The translations under genes and the position numbers were made by a program. A stretch of 64,000 bases of DNA from Gammaproteobacteria bacterium (lineage in GTDB: Bacteria > Pseudomonadota > Gammaproteobacteria > JABABF01): the NCBI GenBank assembly GCA_965205525.1, contig OZ242171.1, forward strand, positions 89,993 to 153,992. Direction: 5' to 3'. The notes beneath the pieces are model-generated. The model saw nothing but the letters and a program-made list of their open reading frames with translations, was not told where the DNA came from and searched no databases. Of the stretch, positions 1-9,800 are shown piece by piece; position 1 is the first letter of the stretch, and each line of letters starts with the position of its first letter.

Positions 1-1
1 T

Positions 2-865
2 AACTCCTTATCTGTTTACAGAGTGGATGCTGCAGAGGAGGATCTTGAAAGTGTGGGCCCCAGGCTCATGGGAGAGAATCCATTCCACATAACCGCTACC
101 GAGGAAGTACTGATTGCCAGTAATAATGTTCAAATTTCCCTTTTTCAAATAAATGAGGACGATACCATCAGCGGCCCTGTCAGCAGTCTACAAGGCTTCT
201 CACCGAACAGTGTGGCGGCCAGTCCCGCTGGCGGTCTAGTGTTTACCAACTCTGTTCTCAGTTCTTTTCTAGGAGTTTGGCAGGTGCTGGGAATCCCCCG
301 GGTGCCGGCGGGGCAGGAAGTGCGGGTGATGGTGAATGCAGAGTCGGCGCTGGACACCGCCCTGACCGTGATGGTGCAGGCGAGGCAGGGCAGCCGGGTT
401 CGCATGGCAGCGGCGACTCTGATGCCGTCAGATACTCAGGCGGAGGCCGTGTTCTCGGGGAGTGATCTGGGTCAGGGCGAGTGGATATTTTCGGCATCGG
501 TGCCGGCAGATATGGCAGATATTGTGGATGTATCGGCGGCCCGGGCGACACTGCGGATTAGCGGTCCGCTTGTCAGGCTGGAAAACCTGTCGGGCGTAAT
601 ACCAGAAGGAGCAGATCTGAATATCAGAGTGAGCACGGAGGGAATGGTTCCTGTGGCAGGGGATACGGAGGTGACCTTGCAGGCAGCGCAGGAGGGCGCT
701 CAGCCTCGGACGGCGATGGGATTATTACGGGAGGGGCAGACATCGGTCACGGTGACCTTTGCCGGCAGGGAATCCCTGATCGAGGGTGACTGGGTCTTGT
801 CAGCATCATCAATCCTGCCCACAGATGCAAATTCTACGCTTGCAGTGACCGTCGGGCCGCCTTTG
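2..865 (+). repeat. Module unit 1.0 (partial): last propeller blades (divergent, AT-richer subtype), domain A and domain B.
   Basis: It contains the near-invariant domain-A string GGTGCCGGCGGGGCAGGAAGTGCGGGTGATGGTGAATGCAGAG starting at about 301. Its VWQVLGIPRV junction is identical to that of unit 4.1. Confidence 0.8.
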
Positions 866-3800
866 ATCAGGCTGACCCTCTCGGTGGACCAGGGAGTGTC
901 ATCAGGGGAGATGAGGCTGGTCCAGACTGATACTAAACCCGGCTTGGGAACTGAAGAAGGGCTTGCTGTCAGTCCAGACGGCAGGTGGCTGCTTGCCGGC
1001 GGCATAAGCGGCAGAGGCTTCATCAGGACCTTGGAGATAGACAGCGTCAGGGGCATTGCCACCCCGGTTGAACTTTATACTGGCCTGGGAGGCCGTAGCC
1101 TGGCAGTGAGCCGAGACAGCAGTCTTGTGTTTGCATCGGATAATGCCTTTATGAGCACTATCAGTGTCTGGCGCCTGAATGCCGATGATGGCAGCCTGGA
1201 GGGAGTGGCACAGTACACAGGGGGAGGAACAGATGCTGCAGGGAACACCGTCAGAGGGCTGATTTCCACCCATGATGTCGTGCTGAGCCCGGATGACCGC
1301 CTGCTGTTTGTGACGAGCAACGGAGAGTCAAATTCAAATAATGGCGCCCTCAGTGTGTGGAGAGTAAGCCCTTCCGGCACCCTTGTTCAGACCGATGTGC
1401 ATGTCTCTGGCGGGGGTGCGGATACAGAGGGCTTGAACGCAATTGCCGGTGCCGCCGTGACCCCGGACGGCCGCCTGCTGTTTGCAGGGTCATTCTACGA
1501 TTCTGGTTTTTTAGACCACAGCACGCTCGGCATCTGGCGCGTGAATGCTGAAGCGTCTGCGGTTTCCTTTGTGAGGACTCTTTCCGACAGACGCATGCTG
1601 CGCAGGCCCCGGGTTGTGACCCTCGGCCCCTCCGGCCGTTTTCTGTTTGTGTCCAGCCAGGTTGGTGCAGATGCTGAAACAGACCCACTGTCTGTTTACG
1701 AAGTGAATGCTGCAGAGGAGAATCTTGCAAGTGTGGCCTCCTATGGCGAGGACATATCGGGGGATGCCATCGGCCTGGCCGTCACCAGAGAAGTGCTGGC
1801 AGTGGCCGAATTTACGCAGGGCAGTGTCGCTCTTTGGCAGAGAAATGATAATGGCACCCTCCGTTTTGCCAGCAGGCATGATTCAGCCAGCCCGGTTAGC
1901 CTGGCGGCCAGTCCGGCCGGCGGTCTGGTGTTTAGCAGCTCAAGCTCAAATGATGGGTCTGTCGGCATCAGCGTCTGGCGGGTGCAGGGGATCCCGCGGG
2001 TGCCGGCGGGGCAGGAAGTGCGGGTGATGGTGAATGCAGAGTCGGCGCTGGGCTCCGCCCTGACCGTGATGGTGCAGGCGAGGCAGGGCAGCCGGGTCAG
2101 CATGGCAGCGGCGACTCTGATGCCGTCAGATATTCAGGCAGAGGCCGTGTTCTCGGGGCGTGATCTGGGCCAGGGCGAGTGGATATTTTCGGCATCGGTG
2201 CCGACAGATATGGCAGATGTTGCGGATGTATCGACGGCCCGGGCGACACTGCGCATTGGCGGTCCGCTTGTCAGGCTGGAAAACCTGTCGGGTGTAATAC
2301 CAGAAGGGGCAGATCTGAATATCAGAATAAGCACGGAGGGACACCCTGTGCTGGAGGATGCAGAGGTGACCTTGCGGGCAACGCAGCAAGGCGCCCAGCC
2401 TCGGACGGTGATGGGATTATTACGGGAGGAGCAGGCAGAAGTTACGGTGACCTTTGCCGGCAGGCAATCTCTAACCGAGGGTGACTGGGTCTTGTCAGCA
2501 GAATCATCAGTTCTGTCCACAGATGAAAATTCTGGGCTTGATGTGACCGTCAGGCCGCCTTTGCCCAGGCTGACCCTCTCGGTGAACCAGGGAGTGTCTT
2601 CAGGGGAGATGAGGCTGGTCCAGACTGATGCTAACACCGGCCTTCCAGCTGGAGATAGTGAAGGGCTTGCCGTCAGTCCAGACGGCAGGTGGCTGCTTGC
2701 CAGCGGCGGCGGCCGCATCACGGTCTGGGAGATAGACAGCGTCAGGGGCATTGTCACCCAGAGAAGTACGGAAATGGGTACTGGCCTGGGAGGCCGTGGC
2801 CTGGCAGTGAGCCGAGACAGCCGTCTTGTGTTTACGTCGGATCGTGCCAGTACTAGCACTATCAGTGTCTGGCGCCTGAATGCCGATAATGGCGGACTGG
2901 AGGAAGTGGCAAAGTACACAGGGGGAGAAACAGATGCTGCAGAGAACACCGTCAGAGGGCTGACTGTCACCCATGCTGTCGTGCTGAGCCCGGATGAGCG
3001 CCTGCTGTTTGTGACGAGCAATGGGAGGCTGGACGATGAAGGAGTCCCCTTCGGCGGCGCACTCAGTGTGTGGAATGTAAACCCTTCCGGCACCCTTGTT
3101 CAGACCAATGTGCATGTCTCTGCCGGGGCTGAGGATACAGAGGGCTTGAACCAGATTGCCGGTGCCGCCGTGACCCCGGACGGCCGCCTGCTGTTTGCAG
3201 GGTCATTCCACGATTTTGGTTCATTCGACCGCAGCACGCTCGGCATCTGGCGTGTGAATGCTGAAGCGTCTACGGTTTCCTTTGTGAGGACTCGTCAAGA
3301 CACCCGCATGCTGCGCAGGCCCCGGGTTGTGACCCTCGGCCCCGCCGGCCGTTTTCTTTTTGTATCCAGCCAAGTTCTTAATGACGCTCAAATAGATCCA
3401 CTGTCTGTTTACAGAGTAAATGCTGCAGAGGAGGATCTTGTAAGTCTGGCCTCCTATGGCAATGACATAGAAGGGAGGACCATCGGCCTGGCTGCCACCA
3501 GAGAAGTGCTGGCAGTGGCCGAGGAGGATGGTGGTGGTGGTGGTGTCTCTCTTTGGCAGAGAAATAATGACGGCACCCTCCGTTTTGTTAGAAGGCATGC
3601 TTCATTCAGGCCGATTGGCCTGGCGGCCAGTCCGGCCGGCGGTCTGGTGTTTAGCAGCTCAAACGAAGGGTCTGAAGGCATCATCGTCTGGCAGGTGCAG
3701 GGAATCCCGCGGGTGCCGGCGGGACAGGAAGTGCGGGTGATGGTGAATGCAGAGCAGGCGCCGGACTCTGCCCGGACCGTGATGGTGCAGGCGAGGCAGG

Positions 3801-6583
3801 GCAGCCGGGTCAGCATGGCAGCGGCGACTCTGATGCCGTCAGACACTCAGGCGGCGGCCGTGTTCTCGGGGCGTGATCTGGGCCAGGGCGAGTGGATATT
3901 TTCGGCATCGGGGCTGACAGATACGGCAAAACTGCGCATTGGCAATCCGCTTATCAGGCTGGAAAACCTGTCGGGCAGAATACCAGAAGGGGCAGATCTG
4001 AATATCAGAATAAGCACGGAGGGACACCCTGTGCTGGAGGATGCACAGGTGACCTTGCGGGCAACGCAGGAAGGCGCTCAGCCTCGGACCGTGATGGGAT
4101 TATTACAGGAGGGGGAGACATCGGTTACGGTGACATTTGCTGGCGAAAATGCCCTGACCGGGGGAGACTGGGTCTTGTCGGCAGAATCATCAATCCTGTT
4201 CACAGATGCAAATTCTGTGCTTACAGTGACCGTTATACCGCTGCCTAAGCTGACCCTCTCGGTAGACCAGGGAGTGTCCTCGGGGGAGATGAGGCTGGTC
4301 CAGACTGATAACAAACGCCTTGCAAGTGGAACTGAAGAAGGGCTTGCTGTCAGTCCAGACGGCAGGTGGCTGCTTGCCAGCGGCGGCGGCGGCATCACGG
4401 TCTGGGAGATAGACAGCGTCAGGGGCATGGTCACCCAGAGCAGTGATCGTATGGGTGCTGGCCTGGGGGGCCGTGGCCTGGCAGTGAGCCGAGACAGCAA
4501 TTTTGTGTTTACGTCGGATGGTGCCAGTACTAGCACTATCAGTGTCTGGCGCCTGGATGCCGATGATGGCGGACTGGAGGAAGTGGCAAAGTACACAGGG
4601 GGAGGAACAGATGCTGCAGAGAACACCGTCAGAGGGCTGAGCTCTGTTTGGGATGTCGTGCTGAGCCCGGATGACCGCCTGCTGTTTGTGACGAGCGCGG
4701 GGGTGTCAGATAATGGCGCCCTCAGTGTGTGGAGTGTAAACACTTCCGGCACCCTTGTTCAGACCGATGTGCACCCTGCCGGGGATTCGAACACAGAGGG
4801 CTTGAACGCAATTGCCGGTGCCGCCGTGACCCCGGATGGCCGCCTGCTGTTTGCAGGGTCAACGCGAGACAGGAGGCTCAGCCTCTGGCGCGTGAATGCT
4901 GAAGCGTCTACGGTTTCCTTTGTGAGGACTATTCCCGACAATATCGGGCTGCGCAGGCCCCGGGTTGTGACCCTCGGCCCCGCCGGCCGTTTTCTGTTTG
5001 TGTCCAACTCGATTAATTCGAGTGACAATGATTCAGATTCACTGTCTGTTTACAAAGTGAATGCTGCAGAGGAGGATCTTACACTTGTGGACTCCTATGG
5101 CGGGTTAGGGGTTACCTTCGGCCTGGCCGTCACCAGGGAAGTGCTGGCATTGGTCTCAAGAAGTCAGAGCAATGTCACTCTTTGGCAGAGAAATGCTTCC
5201 GGCACCCTCAGTTTTGTCAGCAGGCATGCTTCAGGCAGAGCGCATGGCCTGGCGGCCAGTCCGGCCGGCGGTCTGGTGTTTAGCAGTTCAAACAGTGGGT
5301 CTGAAGGCATCAGCGTCTGGCGGGTGCAGGGAATCCCGCGGGTGCCGGCGGGGCAGGAAGTGCGGGTGATGGTGAATGCAGAGCCGACGCTGGGCTCTGC
5401 CCTGACCGTGACGGTGCAGGCGCGGCAGGGCAGCCGGGTCAGCACGGCAACGGCGACTCTGATGCCGTCAAACACTCAGGCGGAGGCCGTGTTCTCGGGG
5501 AGTGATCTGGGCCCGGGCGAGTGGATATTTTCGGCATCGGTGCCGGCAGATATGGCAGATGTTGCGGATGTATCGACGGCCCGGGCGACACTGCGCATTA
5601 GCGGTCCGCTTGTCAGTTTGGAGATGACTGGCGGAAGTGCCATCGTTGCCTCGGACGGGATGATAACGCTTATCCTGCGCGTGATGCCGGCACTATCCTC
5701 CACGGTCATGGTGACCGTGGCGGTGACCGATGAAGACAACAATACGATATCAGAGCAGCTGGAGGCTCTGTCCTCTTCCCTGCGGCTCACTTTCCGCGCC
5801 AGTGATTTGGGAACAGGCCGTCTGCGCTTTACTGCCCGGGGGCCGGCAGGAGTATTAGAAGACAGCGAAGCCGAGGTGACCGTGCTGGTGGACACTGCTG
5901 CTGGTGTCGTTCTGTCTGCAAATCCCGAGGAGGATGTCTTTCCGGGCGATGAGGTGCGCCTGTCGGCAGAAGTACTCTCCGGGTCAGACCTGGCCGGGAT
6001 AGATGTCGTGCTGGAGGTGGCAGTTGCACCTCCCGATGGAAGCACGCGCAGCAATGTCCTGATACCAGTGTCGGCTGAAACCTCTACGGGCACCCTGACC
6101 TTTATCCCGGATGCAGTGCCGGGCACTTGGAATTTCAACGTAATAGAGAGCGATGGGATAAGCGTATCTGCGACACTTACAGTGATGGTGGCGGCAGTCG
6201 TGCCCCTGCCCCTGGACTTCAATAATCCATCGGACGGGGTAAGCGCAGATGACCTGGTGCTGCTTCTGCGCTATGAGAGGCTGTGTGCGGGGGGAGATTC
6301 CCGGCCGCTGCCGGCCAATTGCTCTGCCCTCGGTTCCGAGGCACTGGCGGCTGGACTTGCCTTTGACAGTTCTTCCGACCGGCTGGCAGATCTGCAGAAT
6401 GTCCAGCTGCCGGATGTGACCGGCACCGGTATCGGCAGCGTGCAGACACTGGCCATACTGCTGCAGGCCTTGGCAAATGTCCAAGACGAATTGCTTCTTC
6501 CCGCCGCTGCTTCATCCGCCGAGGCCGAGCAGGCTCGCGATGCGCGGCTTCGCATTATCCGGCAGCTCCTGGGACGGGAATAG
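2..6583 (+). CDS. Giant secreted repeat protein, paralog 1 (5' end cut by window edge). It alternates 7-bladed lactonase/YVTN-like beta-propeller modules with Ig-like beta-sandwich domains and ends in the conserved C-terminal cassette with a dockerin-like segment.
   Basis: The frame is open from position 2: NSLSVYRVDAAEEDL matches the internal blade motif DPLSVY.VNAAEE, so the GTG at 23 is not the start. There are four propeller modules, the first partial. Their blade motifs are AVSPDGRWLL, AVSRDS.LVF, VVLSPD.RLLFVTS, AAVTPDGRLLFAGS, VVTLGP.GRFLFVS, GLA.TREVLAVAE and LAASPAGGLVFS. The stop codon is TAG at 6581-6583. An uninterrupted 6.5-kb ORF cannot arise by chance. Confidence 0.85.
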   Translation, partial: NSLSVYRVDAAEEDLESVGPRLMGENPFHITATEEVLIASNNVQISLFQINEDDTISGPVSSLQGFSPNSVAASPAGGLVFTNSVLSSFLGVWQVLGIPRVPAGQEVRVMVNAESALDTALTVMVQARQGSRVRMAAATLMPSDTQAEAVFSGSDLGQGEWIFSASVPADMADIVDVSAARATLRISGPLVRLENLSGVIPEGADLNIRVSTEGMVPVAGDTEVTLQAAQEGAQPRTAMGLLREGQTSVTVTFAGRESLIEGDWVLSASSILPTDANSTLAVTVGPPLIRLTLSVDQGVSSGEMRLVQTDTKPGLGTEEGLAVSPDGRWLLAGGISGRGFIRTLEIDSVRGIATPVELYTGLGGRSLAVSRDSSLVFASDNAFMSTISVWRLNADDGSLEGVAQYTGGGTDAAGNTVRGLISTHDVVLSPDDRLLFVTSNGESNSNNGALSVWRVSPSGTLVQTDVHVSGGGADTEGLNAIAGAAVTPDGRLLFAGSFYDSGFLDHSTLGIWRVNAEASAVSFVRTLSDRRMLRRPRVVTLGPSGRFLFVSSQVGADAETDPLSVYEVNAAEENLASVASYGEDISGDAIGLAVTREVLAVAEFTQGSVALWQRNDNGTLRFASRHDSASPVSLAASPAGGLVFSSSSSNDGSVGISVWRVQGIPRVPAGQEVRVMVNAESALGSALTVMVQARQGSRVSMAAATLMPSDIQAEAVFSGRDLGQGEWIFSASVPTDMADVADVSTARATLRIGGPLVRLENLSGVIPEGADLNIRISTEGHPVLEDAEVTLRATQQGAQPRTVMGLLREEQAEVTVTFAGRQSLTEGDWVLSAESSVLSTDENSGLDVTVRPPLPRLTLSVNQGVSSGEMRLVQTDANTGLPAGDSEGLAVSPDGRWLLASGGGRITVWEIDSVRGIVTQRSTEMGTGLGGRGLAVSRDSRLVFTSDRASTSTISVWRLNADNGGLEEVAKYTGGETDAAENTVRGLTVTHAVVLSPDERLLFVTSNGRLDDEGVPFGGALSVWNVNPSGTLVQTNVHVSAGAEDTEGLNQIAGAAVTPDGRLLFAGSFHDFGSFDRSTLGIWRVNAEASTVSFVRTRQDTRMLRRPRVVTLGPAGRFLFVSSQVLNDAQIDPLSVYRVNAAEEDLVSLASYGNDIEGRTIGLAATREVLAVAEEDGGGGGVSLWQRNNDGTLRFVRRHASFRPIGLAASPAGGLVFSSSNEGSEGIIVWQVQGIPRVPAGQEVRVMVNAEQAPDSARTVMVQARQGSRVSMAAATLMPSDTQAAAVFSGRDLGQGEWIFSASGLTDTAKLRIGNPLIRLENLSGRIPEGADLNIRISTEGHPVLEDAQVTLRATQEGAQPRTVMGLLQEGETSVTVTFAGENALTGGDWVLSAESSILFTDANSVLTVTVIPLPKLTLSVDQGVSSGEMRLVQTDNKRLASGTEEGLAVSPDGRWLLASGGGGITVWEIDSVRGMVTQSSDRMGAGLGGRGLAVSRDSNFVFTSDGASTSTISVWRLDADDGGLEEVAKYTGGGTDAAENTVRGLSSVWDVVLSPDDRLLFVTSAGVSDNGALSVWSVNTSGTLVQTDVHPAGDSNTEGLNAIAGAAVTPDGRLLFAGSTRDRRLSLWRVNAEASTVSFVRTIPDNIGLRRPRVVTLGPAGRFLFVSNSINSSDNDSDSLSVYKVNAAEEDLTLVDSYGGLGVTFGLAVTREVLALVSRSQSNVTLWQRNASGTLSFVSRHASGRAHGLAASPAGGLVFSSSNSGSEGISVWRVQGIPRVPAGQEVRVMVNAEPTLGSALTVTVQARQGSRVSTATATLMPSNTQAEAVFSGSDLGPGEWIFSASVPADMADVADVSTARATLRISGPLVSLEMTGGSAIVASDGMITLILRVMPALSSTVMVTVAVTDEDNNTISEQLEALSSSLRLTFRASDLGTGRLRFTARGPAGVLEDSEAEVTVLVDTAAGVVLSANPEEDVFPGDEVRLSAEVLSGSDLAGIDVVLEVAVAPPDGSTRSNVLIPVSAETSTGTLTFIPDAVPGTWNFNVIESDGISVSATLTVMVAAVVPLPLDFNNPSDGVSADDLVLLLRYERLCAGGDSRPLPANCSALGSEALAAGLAFDSSSDRLADLQNVQLPDVTGTGIGSVQTLAILLQALANVQDELLLPAAASSAEAEQARDARLRIIRQLLGRE
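866..2563 (+). repeat. Module unit 1.1: propeller, Ig-like domain A and Ig-like domain B (about 1.7 kb).
   Basis: The unit begins at the junction [PI]RLTLSV[DN]QGV.SGEMRLVQTD. The domain-A string recurs at about 1999. Domain B begins with GGPLVRLENLSG. Confidence 0.85.
2564..4243 (+). repeat. Module unit 1.2: propeller + A + B.
   Basis: It has the same junction (PRLTLSVNQGVSSGEMRLVQTD) and the same A and B strings. It also contains the in-frame (GGT)5 run at 3530-3544. Confidence 0.85.
4244..5599 (+). repeat. Module unit 1.3: propeller + A only; it joins directly to the 3' cassette.
   Basis: The unit starts at PKLTLSVDQG. After RATLRISGPLVS the sequence switches to LEMTGGSAIVASDG, which is the start of the 3' cassette. 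Confidence 0.8.
5600..6583 (+). repeat. Conserved 3' cassette, copy 1: two Ig-like domains, a dockerin-like double segment and a charged helical tail.
   Basis: The landmarks are LEMTGGSAIVASDGMITLILRVMPALSSTV..., LDFNNPSDGVSADDLVLLLRY, LPDVTGTGIGSVQTLAILLQAL and AEAEQARDARLRIIRQLLGRE*. The same block of about 980 nt ends all four genes. Confidence 0.9.
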
Positions 6584-6876
6584 AGAGCAGTATCTGTTCT
6601 TCATGCCCTGAAACCCACTTTGCGATCCATTTCTTGCCTGCGATACTTATAGGTGCGCCCCTTGCAAACCGGAATGGCACTAGTAACTAGTAAAGGGGGA
6701 GGGGGGGATACAATTGCCGCAAGCAGGTGACCTGCAGCCCTGCTTGGATTCCTCCTGCTGCAGCACAGTTGTTTATGTTAGATAGTCCAAAACTTGGCAT
6801 GCTGGTGCGGCAGATAAGAATAGTACTGCTGCTGCCTCTGCTGCTGCTTGCCTCTGCCTCTGTTCTGGCACAGGCG
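6584..6876 (+). repeat. Conserved 5' cassette, copy 1: intergenic leader plus signal-peptide coding region.
   Basis: The string AGAGCAGTATCTGTTCTTCATGCCCTGAAACCCACTTTGCGATCCATTTCTTGCCTGCGAT...GGAATGGCACTAGTA...G-tract...CTGCAGCCCTGC...GCTGCAGCACAG is repeated at 13174 and 17496. Confidence 0.9.
6695..6707 (+). repeat. Homopolymeric G tract G5-A-G7 in the leader of paralog 2.
   Basis: Read directly from the sequence: taaaGGGGGaGGGGGGGata. Confidence 0.95.
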
Positions 6877-9800
6877 CCCAGGCTGACCCTCTCGGTGGAC
6901 CAGGGAGTGCCCTCAGGGGAGATGAGGCTGGTCCAGACTGATGTCCACTTTTTTACAAGTGGAAGTAATGTAGGAGGGATTGCTGTCAGTCCAGACGGCA
7001 GGTGGCTGCTTGCCAGCAGCGGCAGCAGCATCACGGTCTGGGAGATAGACAGCGCCAAGGGCATTGTCACCCAGAGAAGTGCTCAATCGAGTGCTGGCCT
7101 GAGAGGCAACCTGGCAGTGAGCCGAGACAGCAGTCTTGTGTTTGCGTCGGATCGTGCCAGTAACAGCACTATCACTATCAGTGTCTGGCGCCTAAATGCC
7201 GATGATGGCGGACTGGAGGAAGTGGCAGAGTACGCAGATGGAGGTCTAGATGCTGCAGGGAACACCATCAGAGGGCTGTTTGTCACCCGTGGTTTCACGC
7301 TGAGGCTCGTGCTGAGCCCGGATGACCGCCTGCTGTTTGTGACGAGCAGAGCGGGGTCAAATAATGGCGCCCTCAGTGTGTGGAGTGTAAACCCTTCCGG
7401 CACCCTTGTTCAGACCGATGTGCATCTCTCTGCCGGGGCTTCGGATACACAGGGCTTGAACCGGATTGCCCGTGCCGCCGTGACCCCGGACGGCCGCCTG
7501 CTGTTTGCAGGGTCATTCCACGGTTCTCATTCATTTTTCAGCAGCACGCTCGGCATCTGGCGTGTGAATGCTGAAGCGTCTACGGTTTCCTTTGTGAGGA
7601 CTCTTTCCGACAGACGCATGCTGCGCAACCCCCGGATTGTGACCCTCGGCCCGGACGGCCGTTTTCTGTTTGTGTCCAACCTGATTAGAGGTGCTGAAAT
7701 AGATCCACTGTCTGTTTACGAAGTGAATGCTGCAGAGGAGAATCTTGCAAGTGTGGCCTCCTATGGCGAGGACATATCGGGGGATACCATCGGCTTGGCC
7801 GCCACCAGAGAAGTGCTGGCAGTGGCCGAAGTTGATCAGCGTAGTGTCGCTCTTTGGCAGAGAAATGATAACGGCACCCTCAGTTTTGCCAGCAGGCATG
7901 ATTCAGTCAGACCGATCCTCCTGGCGGCCAGTCCGGCCGGCGGTCTGGTGTTTAGCACCTCAAATTCACTTGATGGGCCTGACGGTATCACCGTCTGGCA
8001 GGTGCAGGGAATCCCGCGGGTGTCGGCGGGGGATGACGTGCGGGTGATGGTGAATGCAGCGCAGGCGCTGGGTTCTGCCCTGACCGTGACGGTGCAGGCG
8101 AAGCAGGGCAGCCGGGTCAGCACGGCAACGGTGACTCTGATGCCGTCAGATACTCAGGCGGCGGCCGTGTTCTCGAGGAGTGATCTGGGCCAGCTGAGCC
8201 AGCTGGGCCAGGGCGAGTGGATATTTTCGGCATCGGTGTCGGCAGATATGGCGGATATTGCGGATGTATCGGCCGCCCGGGCGACACTGCGCATTAGCGG
8301 TCCGCTTGTCAGGCTTTCAAACCTGTCGGGCGTAATACCAGCAGGAGCAGATCTGAATATCAGAGTGAGCACGGAGGGAATGGTTCCTGTGACAGGGGAT
8401 AGGGAGGTGACCCTGCAGGCAGCGCAGGAAGGCGCTCGGCCTCGGACGGTGATGGGATTATTACGGGCGGGGCAGGCAGAAGTTACGGTGACCTTTGCCA
8501 GCAGGGAATCTCTGACCGAGGGTGACTGGGTCTTGTCAGCATCATCAATCCTGTCCACAGATGAAAATTCTGTGCTTGCAGTGACCGTCGGGCCGCCTTT
8601 GACCCTCTCGGTGAACCAGGGAGTGCCCTCAGGGGAGATGATGCTGGTTCAGACTGATGCTAACACCGGCGTTGCAAGTGGAACTGGAGAAGGGATTGCT
8701 GTCAGTCCAGACGGCAGGTGGCTGCTTGCCAGCGGCGGCGGCGGCATCACGGTCTGGGAGATAGACAGCGTCAGGGGCATTGTCACCCAGAGAAGTGCTC
8801 ATACGGGTGCTGGCCTGGGAGGCCGTGGCCTGGCAGTGAGCCGAGACAGCAGTCTTGTGTTTGCGTCGGATCGTGGGTCTTCCATCAGTGTCTGGCGCCT
8901 AGGTGCTGATGATGGCAGACTGGAGGAAGCGGCAAAGTATACAGGGGGAGGAACAGATGCTGCAGGGAACACCATCAGAGGGCTGGCTAGCATTTGGGAT
9001 GTCGTGCTAAGCCCGGATGACCGCCTGCTGTTTGTGACGAGCAACAGGGTGTCAAATAATGGCACCCTCAGTGTGTGGAGTGTAAACGTTTCCGGCACCC
9101 TTGTTCAGACCGATGTGCATGTCTCTGCCGGAGCCTCGGATACAGAGGGCTTGAACCGGATTGCCGGTGCCGCTGTGACCCCGGACGGCCGCCTGCTGTT
9201 TGCAGGGTCATTCTACGATTATGGTTCATTAGACAGCAGCACACTCGGCATCTGGCGTGTGAATGCTGAAGCGTCTACGGTTTCCTTTGTGAGGACTCTT
9301 TCCGACAGACGCATGCTGCGCAGACCCCGGGTTGTGACCCTAGGCCCCTCCGGCCGTTTTCTGTTTGTGTCCAGCCAGGTTTTTAATAACGCTCAAACAG
9401 ATCCACTGTCTGTTTACAAAGTGAATGCTGCAGAGGAGAATCTTGCAAGTGTGGCCTCCTATGGCGAGGACATATCTTTGGAAACCGTCGGGCTGGCCGC
9501 CACCAGAGAAGTGCTGACAGTGGCCGAACTTGCGCGGATAAGTGTTGGCAGTAGTGTCGCTCTTTGGCAGAGAAATGCTTCCGGCACCCTCAGTTTTGTC
9601 AGCAGGCATGCTTCAGAAAGCCCGGTTGGCCTGGCGGCCAGTCCGGCCGGCGGTCTAGTGTTTTCCAACTCACGCGACGGGTTTTTCATAACCGTCTGGC
9701 AGGTGCAGGGAATCCCGCGGGTGCCAGCGGGGCAGGAAGTGCGGGTGATGGTGAATGCAGAGCAGGCGCTGGGCTCTGCCCTGACCGTGACGGTGCAGGC

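Noticed and set aside
6674-6694. Sigma54-like TGGCAC element (aaTGGCACtagta) in the conserved leader of the giant genes.
   Set aside because: The -24 GG is present, but no TTGC(A/T) -12 element follows at the required 5-nt spacing in any of the three copies. I could also find no convincing sigma70 -35/-10 pair, so the promoter remains unidentified.
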